Origin: Microgenomates group bacterium Gr01-1014_7
GTDB taxonomy: Bacteria; Patescibacteriota; Microgenomatia; Daviesbacterales; UBA10151
Assembly (NCBI GenBank): GCA_007376405.1
Contig: VMGD01000006.1
Location: 19,337-83,336 of the forward strand
Reading direction: 5' to 3'
DNA length: 64,000 nucleotides
Part shown: piece by piece, positions 36,805-46,183 of the stretch
Position numbering within the stretch: position 1 is the first letter of the stretch
Layout of the letters: every line of letters starts with the position of its first letter
Program-made: the position numbers and the translations under genes
The notes under the pieces: generated by a model
Databases searched by the model: none
Told to the model about the DNA's origin: nothing
Seen by the model: only the letters and a program-made list of their open reading frames with translations

Positions 36805-36895
36805 GGTTGTTCCCTTGTCAAAAATTATCGTTTAGACAATTTTTGCAAGTGGATCTCGCTCCTTCGGAGCTCCGATATGTTAACATATATAAAAT

Positions 36896-38552
36896 GGTAA
36901 AATCAATTTTCTCCCTTCTTTATTCAAGACAAACCTCAATTTTATCCGGAGCCTCAATTATTATGGTGACCATGATGTTGGCAAAGATATTGGGTCTTGT
37001 CAGAGACCGTTTGCTGGCTCACGTTTTCCCTCCCAACACTATTGATATTTTCTGGGCAGCTTTTAGATTACCGGATTTAATTTTTCAAATTGTAATTTTG
37101 GGGACTTTGTCTGTGGCTTTCATTCCGGTTTTTACTGAATATTTTGAGAATGAACGAAGTTCTTCTCCGAATAAAGGCAGGGAAAATGCCTTTGCTCTTG
37201 CCAGAGCGATTTTGAATGTTTCCCTCAGCATATTTATTTTGGCAGCAATTTTAATTTATATTTTTGCCCCTATTATTACTACCTTTATTGCTCCGGGATT
37301 TACTGCGGAAAAACAAGCTCAGGTAGTAGCTTTAACCAGAATAATTATTTTTGGCCAGGTACTGCTTGTTCTGGGATCTTTTTTTATTGGGATTTTACAG
37401 TCCTTTCAACGGTTTATTATTCCTGCTCTGGCGCCAGTTTTTTATAATTTTGGGATTATTTTGGGAATTGTTATATTTTCTAAAACCTGGGGAATTACGG
37501 GCGCGGCTTTTGGTGTAGTTATTGGCGCAGGGCTGCATGCGGCAGTTCAACTACCCTTAATCTGGTCATTGGGTTTTAGATTTAAATTTCCACTTGGTTT
37601 TTTCCACCCTGGAGTAAAAGAAATACTCCAACTTATGAGTGTAAGAACGCTAGGATTGGCTGCAGAGCAAATTAATGAAACTGTGGGACTGGCGCTGGCA
37701 TCTTTAGCATCAGTTGGGTCTGTCACCTATTTAACTTTTGCCCAGCACCTGCAGGTTGTGCCAATTGGGCTTTTTGGCGCAACTTTGGCGCAAGCAGCCC
37801 TACCAGTTCTTTCGTCCGAGAAAGCTCGGGGAAGAATTGACGAGTTTAAAATTACCCTTTTGACCACCATGCATCAAATATTATTTTTGGCTCTTCCGGC
37901 AACGGCAATTTTGATTGTAATGAGGATTCCGGTTGTCCGTCTGGTTTTCGGAGCGTCTCAGTTTGACTGGAAGGCCACTGTTTTAACAGGTGCAACTTTG
38001 GCTTTCCTTGCAATCGGGTTAGCTGCCCAAGCTGTTTCTCTACTTTTAGTTAGGGGGTTTTATGCTATGAAAGATACCAAAACCCCGGTAATTGTTTCAC
38101 TTATTGTAGTTTTAGTAAATATAGCTTTAAGTTTTTATTTTATTTTGGGACTTCATCTGGCAGTTTGGAGTATAGGACTTAGCTTTTCTATCTCTGCTAT
38201 TTTATCCGGGATTTTGCTTTTTTGGACGCTTCATTTTAAGGTTGGAAAGTTCAATTTAAAAGCAGTGCTTATTCCTTTGGCTAAAATGCTGATGGCCACA
38301 GCGATTATGGGGGTGGCATTGTATGTACCGATTAAGCTTTTGGATCAGGTGATTTTTGATACTACCAGGACCGTGAATTTATTAATTTTAACAGGAATTT
38401 CCTCAATTTTTGCTTTATCCGTTTATATTCTTTTGGTTTGGTTTTTAAGGGTTAGGGAACTACAAACTTATTCGGATTTGATAACCAGAATCGCCAAGTT
38501 CCAGCCCAAAATAAAATCAGAAGAAATCCTGCCGGAAAGTCACTCTGTTTGA
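36896..38552 (+). CDS. murJ: lipid II flippase MurJ (MviN)
   Basis: 14-TM protein with RDRLLAHVFP, LPDLIFQIVILGTLSVAFIP. Start placed at MVKSIFS (36896) rather than the ORF-track start. Confidence 0.85.
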
Positions 38553-40330
38553 ATCTTATGTATATTCGAAATTTTTCAATTATTGCCCATGTTGATCATG
38601 GCAAATCTACATTAGCTGATCGGTTCTTGGAAATTACCGGTACTGTTCCGAAGGATAAATTACAACCCCAAATTTTAGATTCTTTGGCTCTGGAGCGTGA
38701 ACGCGGAATTACTATCAAGCTTGCCCCCGTGCGCCTCAACTATACCCTAAACGCTATACCCTACACCCTAAATCTAATAGATACTCCGGGGCATGTAGAT
38801 TTTTCATACGAAGTTTCCCGGGCGCTGAATGCAGTTGAAGGGGCAATACTGCTGGTCGATGCTACTCAGGGAATTCAAGCTCAAACTTTATCACATGGTC
38901 TGTCAGCGCTGGAACAAAATTTGGTACTTATTCCGGTTATAAATAAAATAGACTTACCCAACGCAAATATTGAAAAAACAAAAAAAGAATTAGTGGACAG
39001 TTTTGGATTTAAAGAGAGTGAGGTGCTGCTGGTATCAGCTAAAACAGGAGAAGGAGTTGAGGAAATATTAAAAGCGGTGATTGAACGAATTCAGCCGCCC
39101 AAGGTGGATCCCGCACCATCCGGTGCGGGACTGCGAGCCCTTCGGGCTCTTGTATTTGATTCTTTCTTTGATTCATATAAAGGAGTGGTGGCTCAAATAA
39201 GAGTGATTGATGGGGAGGTAGGAAAGATTGGTTCAGAGATAAAATTTCTGGGTACTAAAGCAGAAGGTCAGGTATTGGAAGTGGGTTATTTTTCTCCGCA
39301 TTTAACACCTGCTGATCGGTTAGGAGCAGGAGAAATAGGCTATATTGCAACCGGTATTAAACAGCCTGATTTAGTTAGAGTCGGTGACACGATTAGCACC
39401 GATTCAGGAGCCCAGCCGCTGCCGGGATACAAACAAGTTAAACCTATGGTTTATGTGGGGTTTTATCCGCTGAATCAGGATGAGTATTATGATATTAAAG
39501 ATGCGCTGGATAGATTTAGATTAAACGACCCGGCATTTACTTTTGAGCCGGAGCATTCAACAGCCTTGGGCACAGGATTTCGGTGCGGGTTTTTAGGATT
39601 ACTGCATGCAGAGGTGGTGCAGGAGCGACTGTCGCAAGAGTTTGAAGCAAACTTAATTGCCACCACTCCATCTGTTGAATATTTGGTTGACGGAAAAGAA
39701 ATGACTAATCCCTCCGAACTGGACCCTTCACATACTGTAATAGAGGAACCGTGGGTTTCTTTAAAAATCTTTGTCCCTCAGACCTATATCGGATCAGTGA
39801 TGGAGTTGGTGCAGGATAAAAGGGGAGTATTTAAAAATATGCAGCATTTTGGAATACAGGTAGAACTAACCTATGAGATGCCTTTATCAGAGATGATCAC
39901 TGATTTTTATGACAAACTAAAAAGTGTTTCTTCCGGATTTGCATCGCTTGACTGGGAATTTTTAGATTTTAGAGAAGTGGATGGGGTAAGGGTGGATATT
40001 TTAGTGGGAGGGGAAAAAGTGGATGCACTGTCCACAATAGTGGTTCGCCAAAAAGCAGAATATATTGGCAGAAGAATGGTGGAAAAGTTAAAAGAGGTTT
40101 TGCCCAGGCAAAATTTTGAGGTGGCTTTGCAAGCTGCAATAGGAGGGAAAATTATTGCCAGGGAAACTTTGTCTAGCTTTAGAAAGGATGTTACAGCCAA
40201 ACTTTATGGAGGAGACAGGACCAGAAAAGATAAACTTCTGGAAAAGCAGAAAAAAGGAAAAAAGAAAATGAAAATGATCGGAAAAGTAGAAATTCCCCAG
40301 GAGGCTTTCTTAAGCATTTTAAAAAGCTGA
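38549..40330 (+). CDS. lepA: elongation factor 4 (LepA)
   Basis: IRNFSIIAHVDHGKSTL, DTPGHVDF, NKID, and the unique LepA C-terminal domain. Confidence 0.95.
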   Translation: MNLMYIRNFSIIAHVDHGKSTLADRFLEITGTVPKDKLQPQILDSLALERERGITIKLAPVRLNYTLNAIPYTLNLIDTPGHVDFSYEVSRALNAVEGAILLVDATQGIQAQTLSHGLSALEQNLVLIPVINKIDLPNANIEKTKKELVDSFGFKESEVLLVSAKTGEGVEEILKAVIERIQPPKVDPAPSGAGLRALRALVFDSFFDSYKGVVAQIRVIDGEVGKIGSEIKFLGTKAEGQVLEVGYFSPHLTPADRLGAGEIGYIATGIKQPDLVRVGDTISTDSGAQPLPGYKQVKPMVYVGFYPLNQDEYYDIKDALDRFRLNDPAFTFEPEHSTALGTGFRCGFLGLLHAEVVQERLSQEFEANLIATTPSVEYLVDGKEMTNPSELDPSHTVIEEPWVSLKIFVPQTYIGSVMELVQDKRGVFKNMQHFGIQVELTYEMPLSEMITDFYDKLKSVSSGFASLDWEFLDFREVDGVRVDILVGGEKVDALSTIVVRQKAEYIGRRMVEKLKEVLPRQNFEVALQAAIGGKIIARETLSSFRKDVTAKLYGGDRTRKDKLLEKQKKGKKKMKMIGKVEIPQEAFLSILKS

Positions 40331-40355
40331 TAAAAGCTGATATAATAAACTTTAA

Positions 40356-41399
40356 GTGAGCAGGGAATTTATGGAAGGATCAGAATCCGGAGAACAATTT
40401 TTACACAGAAAATACAAGGATTTAAATACAGACCCAACTGTAGTTTCTGCAGCCAACCGCCATGCAAGACGCCTGGGTATGGAACCTCCGGAAAAGGATG
40501 ATTACGGAACTCGAATAAAAAATTACCTCGATAGGTTAAGCGAGATCGTTAACCCTCCGAAAGTTGCAGGAGAACCGGATACTGAACAAGAGCGTAAAAG
40601 AGACAGAAATCTGTCGATGCTCAAAACTGCCCTTTATAATAATTTTGTTATAAAGCCGGGGAATATTCCTGAAAGCTACTTTGATGCAATAAAAAGGAAG
40701 CATCGTGAAGAAGGCTACGGTGATATTGAAATTCCGGATGATTACCGCCGTGAACTTTCCGAAACTATAATTGCCGATCAAAGAAACTCTCTAGACAACT
40801 GGGTTGATTATTTAGTCTCTGATGATGCGAAGTATCCAAATTGGCTAAAATATTTGGCTTTCCGCAGTGTGCTGCGTATGGGTAGGTATGATAAGCAAAG
40901 GAAAACTTTTACTGAAAGGACAAGTGGCGGCGGCACTGTCAGTCCTTTCCCCGAATTAAACCGTGAAGCCCTTTCAATTGTTCTTGGAGACATGGAGAAG
41001 AAAAATCTAGCTACTAAAGAATCACAAAGCAGCAGGTTGGATTTAGATTTTACATCACGTTTTGATATATCCCTGGAAGCAAAACAAAAATACATGCAAT
41101 CCCTAGACAACGGGAATTTTGCTCAAGCTTATGCCCTGGCGATAGAAGAGTTTAAACCGATAGCAGAAGAATTACTACAAATTACCCAAGGGGAATGGGT
41201 GAGATATCCAAGGGGTTCTGACCATCTGCCTCTGGTGAGGTCAATCTCCAATTATGGAACCGGCTGGTGTTTACGGGGAGAGGCAACTGCCCAAAGGTAC
41301 CTTACACGCGATAAAAATGATCTTTTTGTGTATTACTCTCTGGATTTAAATGGTAAACCAACTGTCCCTAGGGTATGTAATCGGAAATCTCAATTTTGA
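40356..41399 (+). CDS. hypothetical protein immediately upstream of the DGR2 target
   Basis: 347-aa ORF with no recognisable family. Confidence 0.45.
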   Translation: MSREFMEGSESGEQFLHRKYKDLNTDPTVVSAANRHARRLGMEPPEKDDYGTRIKNYLDRLSEIVNPPKVAGEPDTEQERKRDRNLSMLKTALYNNFVIKPGNIPESYFDAIKRKHREEGYGDIEIPDDYRRELSETIIADQRNSLDNWVDYLVSDDAKYPNWLKYLAFRSVLRMGRYDKQRKTFTERTSGGGTVSPFPELNREALSIVLGDMEKKNLATKESQSSRLDLDFTSRFDISLEAKQKYMQSLDNGNFAQAYALAIEEFKPIAEELLQITQGEWVRYPRGSDHLPLVRSISNYGTGWCLRGEATAQRYLTRDKNDLFVYYSLDLNGKPTVPRVCNRKSQF

Positions 41400-41608
41400 T
41401 ACTTTTAGGAAGTCTCAACTTTGAGAATTAAGCTGTAATAACTCGTCATTCTGGGGAACGAAGTGACACCAGAAATCAGATTGCTGAGGTTAGAGGTGTT
41501 GCCAAAGATGAACACCTTGATTCTTATATAGGTGAAGTTGTAGATGGTAAACTCTCTGAACCGGAATTTGAGAAAGAAGGCAGAGCCTGGAAGAAAAAGA
41601 GTCAGGAT

Positions 41609-42574
41609 ATGAAAAAACTAACTGAAATTGAGCAAAAAAGTAAATCAGGCCTTAAATTGTCACAGGATGAGCTGATCTTTTTATATGAAATAGATTCATC
41701 AATTGAGGGATTTGGATACGGCGATGATCCAAGAGTAAAGGAGCTGCGTTTTCAGAGAAAACCGGAAGAAGATATGCTAATTATTTTTGGTTCCGAGCCG
41801 GACCAGATTGCCGGATCAGCCGGGGGAATCACCGCAAATACCAGAGCATATGTTGGCCCACTGGAAAAAGGTATTTTTGACAAATTTGAACAATTTGGAA
41901 TAGAGCATATTTATACCTCTTTCCCTGAAGGAAAAATAAGAAGGGAAACTGTTGAAATTGGGGGAACAGACTTTAAGCAGATAGCTCAAGAATTAGAGGA
42001 TAAACTTAATATAATAGATACCCTAACTTGGGAGAAAACAGGAGAGATTCTTAAACAGGTTGAGGGCGGATCAGTTCAAATTAGTGCTGAGACTACTCAA
42101 TTTTTAAGGCAACTATTTGAAAGGCAGATCAATGTTTCAGGATATGCTCTAGATATGCTTAAAAATTCGGAATTCACCACCAGTCCCACACCTATAAACA
42201 TAGATACAGTTAGACTAAAAATTTCTGCACTGGACCTTAAGGGTACACCCACTACAGATCAAGTATATGCCAGAGCTAACGAACTAGGACTTGATCTTTG
42301 TCCAGCAGAAGTAGGTCCCCACAAAAGATTTAAAGATACTAATGAACCAATGGGAGATTGGGAATATATTGCTATGAAGCAAATGACTGACCGCGGTGGC
42401 CATCTGGATGTCTTCGTGCTCGGTCGTGATGGCCGTGGTTTGTGGTTGGCTGGCCGTTGGGCGGATCCTGACCATGGGTGGCCTCCCGAGGATGAGATTG
42501 TTTTTCGTCTCCGCAAGTCTGAAACTCAACCACTTAAACCCTCTGGATTCTTTTCCAGATTTTTGAGCCGTTGA
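41609..42574 (+). CDS. DGR2 target (variable) protein; C-terminal CLec-like VR
   Basis: 321 aa. The C-terminal TDRGGHLDVFVLGRDGRGLWLAGRWADPDHGWPPEDEIVFRLRK is the VR. Its frame is open upstream to 41432 without another start codon. Confidence 0.8.
   Translation: MKKLTEIEQKSKSGLKLSQDELIFLYEIDSSIEGFGYGDDPRVKELRFQRKPEEDMLIIFGSEPDQIAGSAGGITANTRAYVGPLEKGIFDKFEQFGIEHIYTSFPEGKIRRETVEIGGTDFKQIAQELEDKLNIIDTLTWEKTGEILKQVEGGSVQISAETTQFLRQLFERQINVSGYALDMLKNSEFTTSPTPINIDTVRLKISALDLKGTPTTDQVYARANELGLDLCPAEVGPHKRFKDTNEPMGDWEYIAMKQMTDRGGHLDVFVLGRDGRGLWLAGRWADPDHGWPPEDEIVFRLRKSETQPLKPSGFFSRFLSR
42386..42516 (+). repeat. DGR2 variable repeat (VR)
   Basis: 131 bp. Differs from the TR (42847-42977) at 20 positions, all with A in the TR. 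Confidence 0.9.
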
Positions 42575-42846
42575 TACTTTGAAACTTTGTTTGAAATTTT
42601 TATATAATTATTACGGATAGGTTGTTTTGAACGGCTACGGCTTTTTGAGGCCTTTCCGGCAAATGTAAATTGAGAACAAGTAAGGTTACGGCTTTGCCTG
42701 GAGTGATCTACATTCTGTCATTAAAAAAAGAAATACTTGGTGTGGTGTGCTTTTGCGGATTCATCCGCGGATAAAATACAGCCTGGCGTCTTCCGCCAGA
42801 TAGTGGATTACACAGGCAGTGAGGTTAGTAGGGCACATCATACATT

Positions 42847-42977
42847 ACTGACCGCGATGGCCATCTGAATGTCTTCAAGCTCAATCGTGATGGCAATGGT
42901 TTGTGGTTGAATGACAATTGGGCGAATCCTGACAATAGGTGGAATCCCGAGAATGAGATTGTTTTTCGTCTCCGAAA
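42847..42977 (+). repeat. DGR2 template repeat (TR)
   Basis: In the VR frame it reads TDRDGHLNVFKLNRDGNGLWLNDNWANPDNRWNPENEIVFRLRN, with eight AAT codons. Confidence 0.9.
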
Positions 42978-43334
42978 CTATTTCTTTCCGCGTCTAACCG
43001 GCGCGGTTTTTTGTAGACCTAAACTTCTCTTCCAGCCCCAAAGCATCTTTCCGATCTCATCCAGCTTAACTGCAATATCCCCATATTGTTTATGGGAAAT
43101 AAGTTTAGCTTCCCAAGCAGTAGAAATTAGGAATTTAATAATATCTACTATAAAAATACAATCGGATAATTTATCTGCCTTTTTCTCTTTTTCGGTAAAA
43201 TATGCAGTATATGATAATTCTAAAAGGTCGAGGAATTTATTTTCTATCCTTGAGCCTGTTGTAAACCGCCCGGACCGGGGAATATGAGGAGAAATATTCA
43301 TCCAAATCAAATATCCTTCCTTGATCCGGTTCAA
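42978..43334 (-). CDS. avd: DGR2 accessory variability determinant (Avd-like four-helix-bundle protein)
   Basis: 118 aa; C-terminal half FLISTAWEAKLISHKQYGDIAVKLDEIGKMLWGWKRS matches the four-helix-bundle/Avd family. Its stop codon abuts the TR end. Antisense to the TR and RT, as in DGR1. Confidence 0.7.
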   Translation of the reverse strand: MNRIKEGYLIWMNISPHIPRSGRFTTGSRIENKFLDLLELSYTAYFTEKEKKADKLSDCIFIVDIIKFLISTAWEAKLISHKQYGDIAVKLDEIGKMLWGWKRSLGLQKTAPVRRGKK

Positions 43335-43351
43335 TATGGAAGATTTTTCAT

Positions 43352-43370
43352 GAGAGAGAGAGAGAGAGAG
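43352..43370. repeat. (GA)9.5 dinucleotide microsatellite at the 5' end of DGR2 RT
   Basis: tgagagagagagagagagag directly follows an ATG at 43350. The RT reading frame runs through the tract but is +1 relative to that ATG. Confidence 0.9.
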
Positions 43371-43495
43371 TTAGGGAGCTTTTCCATGCCAGATATAATT
43401 CTATCATTTCACTGGAAAATTTACTGGAATCATGGCATGAATTTTTAAGAGGTAAGAAAAACAGAAAAGATATTGCAACTTTTTCAATCCGGTTT

Positions 43496-44362
43496 ATGGA
43501 TAATGTCCTTATTTTGAACGAGGAACTCTTAAAAAAGACATATCAGCACGGAGGTTACTATGCTTTTAAAATAAACGACCCGAAACCAAGGAATATCCAC
43601 AAGGCCAATGTAAGGGATCGGATTGTCCACCATGCCATCTTTAGAATTCTTTACCCTTACTTTGAGAAAAAATTTATCTTTGATTCATACTCCTGCAGAT
43701 TAAATAAAGGCACCCATAAATCTATTTACAGATTCAGGGATTTATCAAGGAAAGGGTCTGTAAATAATACAAAACCCCTTTGGTTATTAAAAGGAGACAT
43801 CAGGAAGTTTTTTGCCAATATTGACCACGATATTTTAAAAAATATTTTACAAAGATATATTATTGATGAAGAAATTTTGTGGTTGATGGGAGAAATTATT
43901 GATAGTTTCCGGCCTGGTCTGCCACTTGGCAATGTAACCAGTCAGCTTTTTATTAATATTTATTTAAATGAATTTGACCAGTTTGTTAAACGGGATTTGA
44001 AAGTTCACAGTTATATCCGATATTGTGATGATTTTGTGATTATTCACACGGATAAAGTTTATTTAGAAGGACTTATCCCTAAAATATCACAGTTTTTAGA
44101 AGATGAATTAAAACTTTCACTTCATCCGGATAAAGTTTTTATTAAAAGACTCTCTTTGGGAGTGGATTTTCTGGGATGGGTACATTTTTCCCATCATCGG
44201 GTTTTAAGAACTGCTACCAAAAAGAGGATGTTCAAAAGGCTCAAGGGTAATCAACCTAACGAGACGCTAGCCTCTTATTTGGGCTTACTGAAACATGGCG
44301 ATACCTATAAACTTGTAAAAAAATTAAGGATGATAACTACGGAAAATGATTTAAATCATTGA
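43496..44362 (+). CDS. DGR2 reverse transcriptase (intact ORF from an internal ATG; conserved N-terminal region continues upstream to about 43325)
   Basis: RPGLPLGNVTSQLFINIYL (DGR IGxxxSQ motif) and IRYCDDFVII (YxDD). Upstream in-frame codons ...FHARYNSIISLENLLESWHEFLRGKKNRK align with the N-terminus of RT1 (THKSYSQLTSVENLFQAWSEFKVGKRKRK) but lack an in-frame ATG in the reference sequence. Confidence 0.8.
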   Translation: MDNVLILNEELLKKTYQHGGYYAFKINDPKPRNIHKANVRDRIVHHAIFRILYPYFEKKFIFDSYSCRLNKGTHKSIYRFRDLSRKGSVNNTKPLWLLKGDIRKFFANIDHDILKNILQRYIIDEEILWLMGEIIDSFRPGLPLGNVTSQLFINIYLNEFDQFVKRDLKVHSYIRYCDDFVIIHTDKVYLEGLIPKISQFLEDELKLSLHPDKVFIKRLSLGVDFLGWVHFSHHRVLRTATKKRMFKRLKGNQPNETLASYLGLLKHGDTYKLVKKLRMITTENDLNH

Positions 44363-44370
44363 AACAGAGG

Positions 44371-44631
44371 TTAGCGATAAGTTTGGGTAGTACGGCGTTT
44401 GATATCAACAATAATAACCTCTTTATTTTCTTCATCAATAAAATAAAAAACTCGATAATCACCGACTCTGATTCTATATAATGGAGGAATCCTGGAGGCA
44501 ATTTTATCAAATCCTCTGGGTTTTGGATCATTTTTGAGCTGAACTATTTTTTTGGCAATTAGTAACTGATAATCTTTTGGAAATTTTTTTAAAGCTTTCT
44601 GTGCCCGAGGTGAGTAAACGAGGTTATGCAT
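44371..44631 (-). CDS. RelE/ParE family toxin
   Basis: 86 aa; KKFPKDYQLLIAKKIVQLKNDPKPRGFDKI...YRIRVGDYRVFYFIDEENKEVIIVDIKRR fits the RelE/ParE fold pattern. Confidence 0.75.
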   Translation of the reverse strand: MHNLVYSPRAQKALKKFPKDYQLLIAKKIVQLKNDPKPRGFDKIASRIPPLYRIRVGDYRVFYFIDEENKEVIIVDIKRRTTQTYR

Positions 44632-44929
44632 CTAATTTAAGCTTCTTCATCAACTTTTCATGAGAAATACCCTTGCCTTTTTTAACAACGTCGAGTTCTT
44701 TATATAAAGAATCAATATAACCGGGTTGAACCGTATCTTCTTGAATATCTACCAGCTCTAAATAGGTATTTAAATCCAGTAAAATAGCTTTAGGTTCGCC
44801 ATGTTGGGTAATAATAACTTGATTTCCTTTGCGAGGCATGTTATCTAGAATACCGCTTAAATCCCGACGCAGATCATCCGCACCGATAAAGTTCTTTTTA
44901 AGCATGTCGGACAGAGATATTTGTTGCAT
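44624..44929 (-). CDS. Phd/YefM family antitoxin
   Basis: LSGILDNMPRKGNQVIITQHGEPKAILLDLNTYLEL is a typical Phd/YefM N-terminal domain. Overlaps the toxin start. Confidence 0.7.
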   Translation of the reverse strand: MQQISLSDMLKKNFIGADDLRRDLSGILDNMPRKGNQVIITQHGEPKAILLDLNTYLELVDIQEDTVQPGYIDSLYKELDVVKKGKGISHEKLMKKLKLDA

Positions 44930-45025
44930 GAGGATATTCTTACATATTCCTTAGGACTTGTCAATACTTGATTTTATTTTTACATTATGAGTATGCTGGA
45001 GGTAGACAAAGAAGGGGGTGAGAGA

Positions 45026-45229
45026 ATGAAAATTTTACATATGGCATCTTATGCACTCCTTTGGGTTGGAGGTTTAAACTGGGGTTTGGTTGGCCTATTT
45101 AATATGAACCTGGTTGAGAATATTTTGGGTATGGGTATTGCAAAATTGGTTTATATCCTGGTAGGTGTAGCAGCTGTTTACACTGTTGCAACTCACATGG
45201 GTGAATGTAAAGTATGCGGCAAATCTTAA
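45026..45229 (+). CDS. DUF378 family small membrane protein
   Basis: MKILHMASYALLWVGGLNWGLVGLFNMNLV matches DUF378. Confidence 0.6.
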   Translation: MKILHMASYALLWVGGLNWGLVGLFNMNLVENILGMGIAKLVYILVGVAAVYTVATHMGECKVCGKS

Positions 45230-46143
45230 AACCTTCCAAACTGGAGATTGGGGATACGATTGGAATAGTCGCTTCTTCTTTGCCGGTTTTGCCATCCTTT
45301 AGGGAAAATTATGAAAGGGGTAAGAAGGTGATTGCCGATTTAGGATTTAAGATTAAAGAAGGTAAGACAATTGGCAAAACCCGCTGGTGGGCAGCGGGGA
45401 CACCGGAGGAAGTGGCCCAGGATATAAACAGTATGTTTGGCGATAAAAATATCAGAGCCATTATAGCCCAAGATGGAGGATATTCTGCTATTTCAGTTAT
45501 AGAGTATTTAGATTATGATCTGATCTCCAAAAATCCAAAGCCTTTCATGGGATTATCTGACATGACAATTTATCATCTGGCAATTCTGGCAAAAACCGGA
45601 ATGGTGGGATTTCATATGGATTATCTCTCATCTTTTACCGGTCAGTTTTTCTTACGGTTTTTAACCGGCAGTAACCCACCCGGGAAAATAGAGCCGCTGT
45701 CGGATTGGGAGGAATGGAAAAAGGGAGAAGCAAAAGGGCATTTGGTAGGTGGTCTGCTGGAGCGGATATCACTGCTGGCAGGGACAAAATATTTTCCGCC
45801 ACTTGAATACTTTGACGGGGCAATTCTTTTTTGGGAACATATTGGAGGGGACTTAAGTGATATTTACCAGTATCTTTTTAAGTTAAAAAATATGGGGATT
45901 CTGGAAAGAATTAACGGAATGATGATAGGTAAAATAAAATATCTAAAAAAAATGAGTGAAGAAATAGTTGAGCCTTCAGTTAGAGAAATAGTTCTGGAAA
46001 TCTTAAAGGATTATAAATTCCCCATAATGGCCAATATGGATTTTGGGCATTTTACAGTTAATATCCCCATGCCCATAGGGATAAAAGTTTCCTTTGATAC
46101 CTCCAAAAAGGAACTAAATTTCCTGGAAGGAGCGGTAATCTGA
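45214..46143 (+). CDS. LD-carboxypeptidase (S66 peptidase, LdcA/MccF-like)
   Basis: GDTIGIVASS, GGYSA nucleophile region, C-terminal MDFGH motif of family S66. Confidence 0.8.
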   Translation: MRQILKPSKLEIGDTIGIVASSLPVLPSFRENYERGKKVIADLGFKIKEGKTIGKTRWWAAGTPEEVAQDINSMFGDKNIRAIIAQDGGYSAISVIEYLDYDLISKNPKPFMGLSDMTIYHLAILAKTGMVGFHMDYLSSFTGQFFLRFLTGSNPPGKIEPLSDWEEWKKGEAKGHLVGGLLERISLLAGTKYFPPLEYFDGAILFWEHIGGDLSDIYQYLFKLKNMGILERINGMMIGKIKYLKKMSEEIVEPSVREIVLEILKDYKFPIMANMDFGHFTVNIPMPIGIKVSFDTSKKELNFLEGAVI

Positions 46144-46147
46144 TTCT

Positions 46148-46175
46148 TGACTTTTGTACAAATTTGTACTAATAT
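46148..46175 (+). promoter_or_regulatory. sigma70-like promoter TTGACT-17-TAATAT with embedded palindrome TGTACAAATTTGTAC (putative antitoxin operator)
   Basis: Read from sequence. The -10 ends 8 nt before the ATG at 46184, implying a leaderless or near-leaderless transcript. Confidence 0.45.
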
Positions 46176-46183
46176 GTACAAAT

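Noticed and set aside
36783-36895. N-terminal extension of the murJ ORF (track start 36783)
   Set aside because: The extension overlaps the rpsT 5' end on the other strand and has no hydrophobic MurJ-like character. MVKSIFS at 36896 is the plausible start.
42901-43287. 128-aa ORF on + strand (MWLNDNWANPDNRW...)
   Set aside because: It is the TR of DGR2 read in frame, running on into the antisense of avd2. The TR is a non-coding template, so this ORF is an artefact.
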